A stretch of 63,984 bases of DNA, counting the filler, from Octopus bimaculoides (lineage: Eukaryota), in NCBI RefSeq assembly GCF_001194135.2. It is 6 parts of 6 records of this genome, joined end to end, with 100 filler letters (N's around TTAATTAATTAA, not from the genome) between each part and the next. Parts side by side here need not be neighbours in the genome. Positions count along the whole stretch, not along the records: positions 52,052 to 57,983 come from NC_068999.1; positions 58,084 to 61,856 come from NC_068986.1; positions 61,957 to 63,984 come from NC_068994.1; 3 more parts are not named here. One strand, 5' to 3'. The notes beneath the pieces are model-generated. The model saw only the letters and a program-made list of their open reading frames with translations, made no database searches and was not told the origin of the DNA. Numbering within the stretch: the stretch's first letter is position 1; every line of letters starts with the position of its first letter. The translations under genes and the position numbers were made by a program. Below, one piece after another: positions 55,454 through 63,984 of this stretch.

Positions 55454-55760
55454 AAAGACTGGAGAGGAATGAAGCTAGTATGCTCTGGTAGACATGCAAC
55501 ATCAGTGTGCATGAACAACAAAGTGCAATATGTTGAGAGAAAAATTAGTTATAAGAGGAATAATCAGACATGGCATGCTTATAAATGAAGACAGCTGCAT
55601 AAAGAACTGTCAATCACTTACAATGGATGGAATGTGTGGAAGGGGGAGACCCAGGAAGATACGAGGTGAAGTAGTGAGCACCAATCTCAAAATGTTGAGC
55701 CTCAAAGAGATGACAATGGACCTAGATGTCTAGTGATATGAGGTTTTCGAGTAGACATGT
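55450..55760 (+). mobile_element. RTE/BovB-like LINE 3' end fragment
   Basis: RLERNEASML..LREKLVIRGI..MNEDSCIKNCQSLTMDGMCGRGRPRK..DLDV, the typical C-terminus of an RTE ORF. Confidence 0.75.
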
Positions 55761-56494
55761 CACCTCAAAGAAACTGAGTTCTGAGCGGATTGTGTATTAT
55801 GTGCTCTCTATTCACCTGTAACATTAATTCACACACTCTACTGCAATGAACTAAATACCCCACCCCCCTCTGACTATATCATTGCTATTCTGCTGTTGTG
55901 TTCGTCACTCACTGCCTTCTCCTTCCCCTTCCCTACTTTGCACTCTTGTGAACTTTCTGCTCACTTACCCTGTCCAATTCTCTTTTCCACTCTACTTACA
56001 TTCACCTCCTTGTACTTTGAAGGTATGCCCTGGAAATTCAACAACTCTCTCTCTATCTCTCTCTCTCTCTCTCTCCAAATGGGATAGCAATGTATCCCCT
56101 GTACAGTAAGACACCTGTTTCTGCTCCTCTATCAGTTTAACCTCTCATCACCTGGTACAAAGCCACCTCCCACAATACCCCTTTCCCCCTCATTTGAGGG
56201 ATGTTCTTTTGTCTTGCAAGTAACTTGGTGACCTCACCAGTGCTGGTGCCATGCAAAAAGCACTCAATACACTCTGTAAAGTAAGAAAGGGAATCAAACC
56301 ATAGAAACCATGCCAAAACTAACAATAGAGTCTGGTGCAATTCCCTGGCTTGCCAACTCCTGTCAAATCATCCATGGAAAATGGATATTAAATGATGATG
56401 ATGATATATGCATACATGTGTATACTTTTACACATACAATGCATGTATACACACACACATACTTACATATACATACATATTACACACACACACA

Positions 56495-56697
56495 CAGGGT
56501 GGGCTTAAAGTCACGCATCGAAACATTTGACATTGTATTTACATTACATTATTATCATTATTATTCATTTTGTTTATCATGTACCTGTACAAGTGTATTC
56601 ATCATTATTTTGTTTATTTTATTCTATTTTAGAAAGACTGAAGTATGTGTATGACAATTCCAGAGCATATTTTGTGCATGTCTTTCAGCCCACCTTG
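56495..56697. mobile_element. Tc1/mariner-type MITE
   Basis: Imperfect TIRs of about 23 bp: CAGGGTGGGCTTAAAGTCACGCA ... TGCATGTCTTTCAGCCCACCTTG, around an AT-rich interior. Confidence 0.7.
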
Positions 56698-57715
56698 TGG
56701 TACTAATAAAATACAGAAAAACATACATGGTATTTTATGCTTCATAAAACAAAAATAATTGAGGCAAATAACAGCCAGGGTTACATAATGACTGAAACAT
56801 TATATAATCTTGTTAAACCAACTCAGTATATATATACCCGTTATACAAATTATGAACATCATAAGTAGTACATGCAGTAGGAGATAAACAACCCGATCAC
56901 AGAGGTTCAAGGTCATAGTTTCTCCCATATCAAGGTGGGTAATACAAGCACACATTCCAATTTGATTATGCAGCTCATATTCTGCATACCAGCCTATCCA
57001 TTGGTTTGATGTCCCAAATCATACCTCACTGTATGTATATCATACACTAGCATATATGAAAGTGTAGTATGGTATCAACTATTGAGCATGGAATTTCGCT
57101 ACAAGTCACGCTTCACTGTTCAATCATCATCATCAGCTTCATTTCACATTCATGCTCCATGTTGGCAAGGGTCAGATGGTTTGACAAGGATCTGATGAGT
57201 TGAAGGATTGCATCATGCTCCATTGTCTTCTTTGGCATGTTTTCTACAGCTAAGTACCTCTCTTATTGCCAACCACTTCACAGGTGTGTACTGAGTGCAT
57301 TTTTTGTGCCACTGGCCCTATTGAGATCACTTTGTAGCTTGCAAGTCAACAAACACAGTGGGGTAAGGTGCTGCATCCATATGTTATATGGGGGGTAAGG
57401 TATGAGGGAAGAGAGTGAGGTAGAACAGGTCCATAGTGTAGAGGAGCTACACAGCTAGTCTCATTGAGGAGAGAGAGAATGAACTAGAGGTATCTTCAAG
57501 AAGATGGACAGTGGTCCAGATGGTATCTTGGGTAGCTGGAGCAGTAGTTTGTGGAGCTATGAGGGTTTGGAAGAATGTATCCAGGAGGAGAAAAGGGGAG
57601 TGGAAGAGGTAGACAACATCTGTAAAGATCGGGAAATGATTGATATATACATATATATGTGTGTGTGTGTAGTGATATCTTACTTCGTGTGTGAATACTC
57701 AAATGTTTTTGCTTC

Positions 57716-57935
57716 ATCATCATCATCATCGTCGTTTAACGTCCGCTTTCCATGCTAGCATGGATTGGACGATTTAACTGAGGACTGGTGAAACCAGATG
57801 GCTACACCAGGCTCCAATCTGATTTGGCAGAGTTTCTACAGCTGGATGCCCTTCCTAACACCAACCACTCTGAGAGTGTAGTGGGTGCTTTTTATGTGCC
57901 ACCGGCATGAGGGCCAGTCCAGCGGCACTGGCAAG
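57716..57935 (-). mobile_element. SINE/LINE-tail family C (tgtaaagt.gttggc.ttaggaagggcatccagc..gacgttaaa(tga)n), representative copy
   Basis: Related copies at 54090-54270(+), 56240-56405(+) and 57120-57320(-), each ending in (GAT)n. Confidence 0.7.
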
Positions 57936-58093
57936 TATATGTATATATAAGTGTGTATATATATGATGAAAAATACCATAAACNNNNNNNNNNNNNNNNN
58001 NNNNNNNNNNNNNNNNNNNNNNNNNNNTTAATTAATTAANNNNNNNNNNNNNNNNNNNNNNNNNNNNNNNNNNNNNNNNNNNNATAGAGAGAG

Positions 58094-58127
<34 letters not shown>

Positions 58128-60886
58128 ATAGATAGACAGACCGACCGATCGACAGATAGACAGACAGACGTGCGTGTATGCATATATGTTATTTTTGTTT
58201 CTCGGTAGAGAAAAGATATACCTATGTGGATTAAACAAGGAGTGGTAATTAGAAGAAAAAACGACACTGCACAGACAAACACACGCACACACACGCACAC
58301 ATACACACACACACACTCACACACACACGCGCGCATACAGTCACATACACTCACACATGCACTCACTGACACACACACACAAGCACTCATATTTATGATG
58401 TATACATGTATGTTTACTTGCAAACATATGCGCGTAGATACTCACACGCAATCGCGCACACTTGCACACACAGACATGCGCACACATATTGTTATGGTTC
58501 TTGATCGGTTTCGTAACGAGGATTTATTTGTTCTCTTAAGTGAGTTACCCACTTCCGTTTGACCATTTCTCAGATATGTATATCCTTAATGCGTAAATCC
58601 CATGTCAAATCATTGTGACAAAGTATGCGGCAGGGTAATTCATTTCAATTACACGTACAATGCATATGCCAGCCATCTTTGTAGTTTTTATCTGTCAAAT
58701 GTCTCGCAAGATATGGGTTGCCATTACGATATAAATAGAGAAAAAAAAAACAAAAAACACACGAATGCATACGTTACTTGTCCTATTTTCCATTTTTTTC
58801 ACTCGTTTACGTATTGAACTCATTTGTTTTCATATTTCATGCTGTTTGCTGTTGGTGACGTCCTGTATCCATATATGCATATGCATATATAAAACAGGAC
58901 AAGTAACATAAAAAACGACCCTTCATTAGTTGTCGGCTGTCTATCTACTCCTCATTTCGAGCATTGAACGACAATATGAGTCTTCGAAGACAGTATCAAT
59001 ATATAATTTGGGATTCATGGAGGGTTAAAGTTGGGAACAAAAACAGAACAATAGAGACATGTAAGGAAACCGAACGAAAACAAACATGGAGGATCGTTAG
59101 AGCAGAACGAGGGTAAAATAGCGAACGCTGGAGAAATATTTTCTTTGACAAGAGAAAAGATAGAAGAGAGAGATAGGGTACATCCAGTCCTTAAGACAGT
59201 CCTGAAGGAAAAGATGATATATTATTTTTTCTTGTAGAGACGTCATCAGTTTATTTTTAACAATGTGGATAAGGGATACTTTACCATATTTTAAACTTTC
59301 TGTTTGCTGCATGCAATAATCTCTGTAAGTGCTTTGCTGTGGTTTCGTCGTAGCTTTCTTGCATATGTTTAAAATAATAAATGGAAAATAACCAGGACTT
59401 GTTACATTTTCGTCAGTGGGGAAGTAAAATTAATATATATCGTTTAAGCTGCATCTTCTCGCTAGTGTTTTGCATAATCCTTGAAGCACATACCCACTGA
59501 AAAATATCACGTTCTGACTACAGTGCTCATAAACGTTCAATAAAAATTATACAAGAATATGTTATGGGTGAGCTAATATAATTAAATAAAGTCAATGGTA
59601 TATTTATATTCCTATCTATACATATTTCTACTTCACCATCTATCTGTTTAAATGTTTATCTATATCTGTCAGTTCGTCTCCCAATGTGTTAATTTATTAA
59701 AACTTATAGCAGCAACAAAACTCATATAGCTTTATACCTTATTCAGATATCCTTAATATATTTTTCATATCTCATTATTTTGTTAATATCGGCTTCTTGG
59801 TCAAAAATATACGTAATCTTATTTCATTTTTAAACTCTTCATATTTGTTGGAAAAGCAAAAATACGTTCATAGCTTTCCTTTGTATGTATTCGTGTATAG
59901 TGATAGGTTTGAGTTTCAGCAAAGAATAGGATACATTTTGACAAGGAACTTTCTGAGAGTGACTTTGAAATTACTAAAAATATTTTTCTTGTATGTTTCT
60001 ATACATAAGCATGTATACATACATATAACAGCACGCATTCTTATATATACATACATATACGGTAAATTTCACTTTTTATATGTTATTATTATTTGCTGAT
60101 AATATATTCAAAAATTCTAAAGTAAAACAAATAAAAACTTGCCAGCTTCGAATAGAAATGTGAATAAATGTCCTATTTACTTCCCATTAATAGGAGTGGA
60201 GAGGTCTTGTTAATTCAACCGAATAAATATTTAATGTATTAAATGTATTTCAGTTATATTGCATTTTTACTTTTATGGACAATAACTCGCCGCAAAATTT
60301 CTACATCGTTTTATATGTGTGTGCGCGCGTATGCGTGTGTATATATATGTGTATATATATATATANNNNNNNNNNNNNNNNNNNNNNNNNNNNNNNNNNN
60401 NNNNNNNNNNNNNNNNNNNNNNNNNNNNNNNNNNNNNNNNNNNNNNNNNNNNNNNNNNNNNNNNNNNNNNNNNNNNNNNNNNNNNNNNNNNNNNNNNNNN
60501 NNNNNNNNNNNNNNNNNNNNNNNNNNNNNNNNNNNNNNNNNNNNNNNNNNNNNNNNNNNNNNNNNNNNNNNNNNNNNNNNNNNNNNNNNNNNNNNNNNNN
60601 NNNNNNNNNNNNNNNNNNNNNNNNNNNNNNNNNNNNNNNNNNNNNNNNNNNNNNNNNNNNNNNNNNNNNNNNNNNNNNNNNNNNNNNNNNNNNNNNNNNN
60701 NNNNNNNNNNNNNNNNNNNNNNNNNNNNNNNNNNNNNNNNNNNNNNNNNNNNNNNNNNNNNNNNNNNNNNNNNNNNNNNNNNNNNNNNNNNNNNNNNNNN
60801 NNNNNNNNNNNNNNNNNNNNNNNNNNNNNNNNNNNNNNNNNNNNNNNNNNNNNNNNNNNNNNNNNNNNNNNNNNNNNNNNNNNNNN

Positions 60887-60921
<35 letters not shown>

Positions 60922-61956
60922 TATTGAAACTTAATTTAGAATTCATTCTTGTGTGCAGCAGCTACTGTACATGATTCATTGAGTTATTGTATCCAAATCC
61001 AGCAATATGCTATACAATCCGTTATGAAAATAAGATGTTTATACTACGAATAATATATTTTTTAAACATTTTCAACCTGCAATTGTGATAGCATAGTAAT
61101 ATTTTTTTCTACTCTTTAAGGCAGAATCGTTAGCGGTCTGGCAGAATCGTTAGCCATCTGGGCAAAATGCTTTGCGCCATTTCGACCGTCTTTGCGTTCT
61201 GAATCAAAACTCTGTCGTTATTTCAGAGTCGACAAAGTAAACGCCAGTTGAAGACTGGGGTGGGTGTTTTCGACTAAAACCCTCCAACGGAATTGCTGTC
61301 CTTCTGACGAAGTGTGAAACCATCCCACTTTCTACAATAGGCATAAGGCCTAGAATTTTGTATGTGTGTGCACCTCAATTACATCGAATCTAGTGTTCAA
61401 CTGGTGCTTATTTTATCAACCTCTATAAGATGATAGGCAAAGACGAACTTGGCTGTATTTGAACTCAGAGTGTAAAGTTTACACCTTCGATATTTTTCCG
61501 CAGCTCACTTAAATGTTCATCCAGAACCAGGAGTAAAATTTAGGATTTCTCAGTTTCCTGTGAATCGATTTTGATAAAACTTTTCCCAGTTCGTTTGCAC
61601 ACTATGACAACACCATTGTTATGTTTTCATTATTCTGTGTAACGTGCTTTCTTTATTTCAGATTCTTCAGTTTTTGGGCGAACCACGCTGATAGCTTTTG
61701 AATGAAAATAGCCCATCTAGACATAATTTTTCAGAAAATGAAGGGCAATGATACATACTAAGCATACATCGGTTGTCAAGCGATGTTGGGGGGGGGGGCA
61801 CACAAACACAGACACACAAACATACACACACACATATACACACACATACACACACANNNNNNNNNNNNNNNNNNNNNNNNNNNNNNNNNNNNNNNNNNNN
61901 TTAATTAATTAANNNNNNNNNNNNNNNNNNNNNNNNNNNNNNNNNNNNNNNNNNNN

Positions 61957-62637
61957 TATTGGCTTCTTTCGAGCGATCCGGCCGAACAGTCCAAATTCTT
62001 TTAGGCGGTTTGTGGTGTAAAGCTGATGTCAATTTCATCAGATAATTGCTTGCAAATGTCCACTGCTGTTAGCATTCGGTTACCTTCAGACAGCCTATGA
62101 ATTCGCCGATCCATCTGTACCGTTGTTTTTCGCGGAGCGCCCGTTCTTTGCCGATCTTTGTATTGGCCAGTAGCTTGGTAAAGCTCCCATTCTTGAACAC
62201 AAACCGTTTTGCTGCATCTTAATTGCTTGCACTAGTCATGAAGGACACATTTTGCTGATGAAGCAACACGATCTTTGATCTAGTAACTGGGTTGATAGTG
62301 CGATGCTTTCCCATAGCGAATTAATATGTAACAATGCTCGATTATTAAACAAAATAGCGCAGTACGACCAGCCATATGACCACCCAGTTGGTTTATTAAT
62401 CTACATAATCTTGTTAAGGTCTTAAACTTATTTTGCCGACAATTTCTAACATTTGAATTAATTGCGCATTAAAATTATTCGAATTGTAGAAAGATATATA
62501 ACGCCTGTATCAATCGAAAGAGAGAAAAATTCTACATAAACTATAAAAAGTAAAAATATTTTACACAGTTTTGTTTACAATATGTTAATGAAGGAATAAA
62601 ACTGTCATCAACGGCCATAAACTTATTTTCGCCAGTG
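61957..62637 (-). mobile_element. Tc1-like transposon, 5' part with frameshifted DNA-binding domain
   Basis: Terminus TA-CACTGGCGAAAATAAGTTT at 62639. ATG at 62314: MGKHRTINPVTRSKIVLLHQQ, then a frameshift to KDRQRTGAPRKTTVQMDRRIHRLSEGNRMLTAVDICKQL..FGLFGRIARKKP. A gap follows. Confidence 0.85.
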
Positions 62638-63169
62638 TAAATACATAAATTTAATACAGTATGTTAGGTGACGGTTTAATTCTTTGTTCTGTTATCGATT
62701 CGTGTTACGCAACGGCAATGAAATCAATACAGTATTTATTTACTTAGTAGGATAGTTGATGCAGATAAGGCGTACCCATTGCTAGAAAATAAGCAACAAT
62801 AACTGCACAGACTGGAAAGCCAAACTATTTTCACCTGTTCTCTTTTGTTAAACTAAAAAGTCGTTCAGCAACTTTACCCTGTGTTAATGTGTGACCTATT
62901 TCAAGTTGCTACAATAAGGCTGATGGGCGTCATACCGAAAAGATGCAACAAATTATTATTATTGTTGTTGTCTATTCCCTAGTGAACACTGGACAAGCAG
63001 ACCTGTAATCAGAGACATTCCAGTTATGACCACTCTGTTTCATCCACAGTCTAATATATTCTTCGATTTTCAAGATGATATTGCATGATTTTAGATGAAA
63101 AACAATTTTAGTCAATGACTAGTATTATTTTAATTATTTAGATAATTACGGGATACAATCATGGATATT

Positions 63170-63555
63170 ACAGTTCTATATTTAAGAGATGAGGAATTAT
63201 TTACATTATTTATATTTGACGGATATTTGTCTTCATCTTGTTTGTTGTTAACACAACGTTTTGGCTGATATATCCTCTAACCTTATGCCCAAGGGCATAT
63301 GGCGTAGTAGTTAAGAGCGCGGGCTACTAACCCCAAGATCCCAGGTTCGATTCCAAGCAGTGACCTGAATAATAATAATGATAATAATAATAATAATAAA
63401 AGTCGTAATAATAATAATAATAATAACATCGAAAGAGAACCCAGGTTCGAAATTTCCCCAAGACGCCTGATGGAAGCTGGAGGGTATATCAACCGAAACG
63501 TTGTGTTATAACAACAAACTAGATGAGGACAAATATCCGTCAAATGTAAATAATG
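63170..63555 (+). mobile_element. tRNA-headed short element with a hammerhead-like 3' motif and an inverted 5' duplication
   Basis: tRNA-like head 63299-63365 (A box tggcgtagtagtt, B box ggttcgattcc at 63344-63354), (AAT)n, CTGATG..GAAAC motif at 63462-63506, and inverted arm 63170-63284. Confidence 0.7.
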
Positions 63556-63600
63556 AAAATGATGTAAATAAATCCTGGATATATTTCAGTGTTCTTAATC

Positions 63601-63740
63601 CTGATGTCAATTTCATCAGATAATTGTTTGCAAATATCCACTGCTGTTAGCATTCGGTTACCTTCAGGCAGCCTATGAATTCGCCGATCCATCTGTACTG
63701 TTGTTTTTCGCGGAGCGCCCGTTCTTTGTATTGGCCAGTG
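63601..63740 (-). mobile_element. Second partial copy of the same Tc1-like transposase segment
   Basis: Near-identical to about 62044-62191 (ctgatgtcaatttcatcagataattg...gagcgcccgttctttg) apart from a 10-bp deletion and a few substitutions. Confidence 0.85.
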
Positions 63741-63910
63741 TAGTGAAATATAACCTTCACTACGCTTGCCCAAATAGTGACAGATGAATCATTAACCAAT
63801 CGTACAATATTGTTTCACTGATTGGCGCAGAAAAACAGGAATGTCAATATGTAAACGCACGAACTTATAGAGATAAGTATCTAGAAACGTGCATACACAT
63901 GCACACACAC

Positions 63911-63979
<69 letters not shown>

Positions 63980-63984
63980 AAAAG

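Noticed and set aside
63299-63365. Possible tRNA gene (also 36899-36970 and 21250-21325)
   Set aside because: No complete acceptor stem, and each is fused to a SINE body, so they are treated as SINE heads.
51761-63984. Search for downstream TM, kinase-homology or cyclase exons of the receptor gene
   Set aside because: Candidate acceptors (for example near 58530, 60958 and 61661) lead to early stops or unrelated sequence, so none is supported.

Overview
AT-rich, repeat-dense animal genomic DNA with many N gaps and microsatellites. The SINE families look like those of octopus or other cephalopods, which is an inference from memory of the repeat sequences. The one well-supported host gene is five plus-strand exons at 45707-51760 with canonical GT-AG introns. 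They splice in frame into about 249 aa of the extracellular ANF-receptor (periplasmic-binding-protein type 1) domain of a natriuretic-peptide-receptor / receptor guanylyl cyclase-like protein; its 5' and 3' exons are not visible. The rest is mostly decayed mobile DNA: a CR1/L2-group LINE, R4/Dong-type RLE LINEs, RTE fragments, a probable Penelope RT remnant, mariner and Tc1 remnants, MITEs, Helitron-like pieces and several tRNA-derived SINE families. The most unusual structures are (i) a tRNA-headed SINE-like element carrying a minimal hammerhead-ribozyme-like fold with a Penelope-style inverted terminal duplication (63170-63555), (ii) a TTAA-flanked foldback element enclosing telomere-like repeats (2446-3375) and (iii) a near-perfect 72-bp hairpin upstream of the first visible receptor exon. 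Five TTAATTAATTAA spacers inside N runs are assembly joins, so contiguity across them is not guaranteed. All translations and alignments were done by eye and no database search was run.
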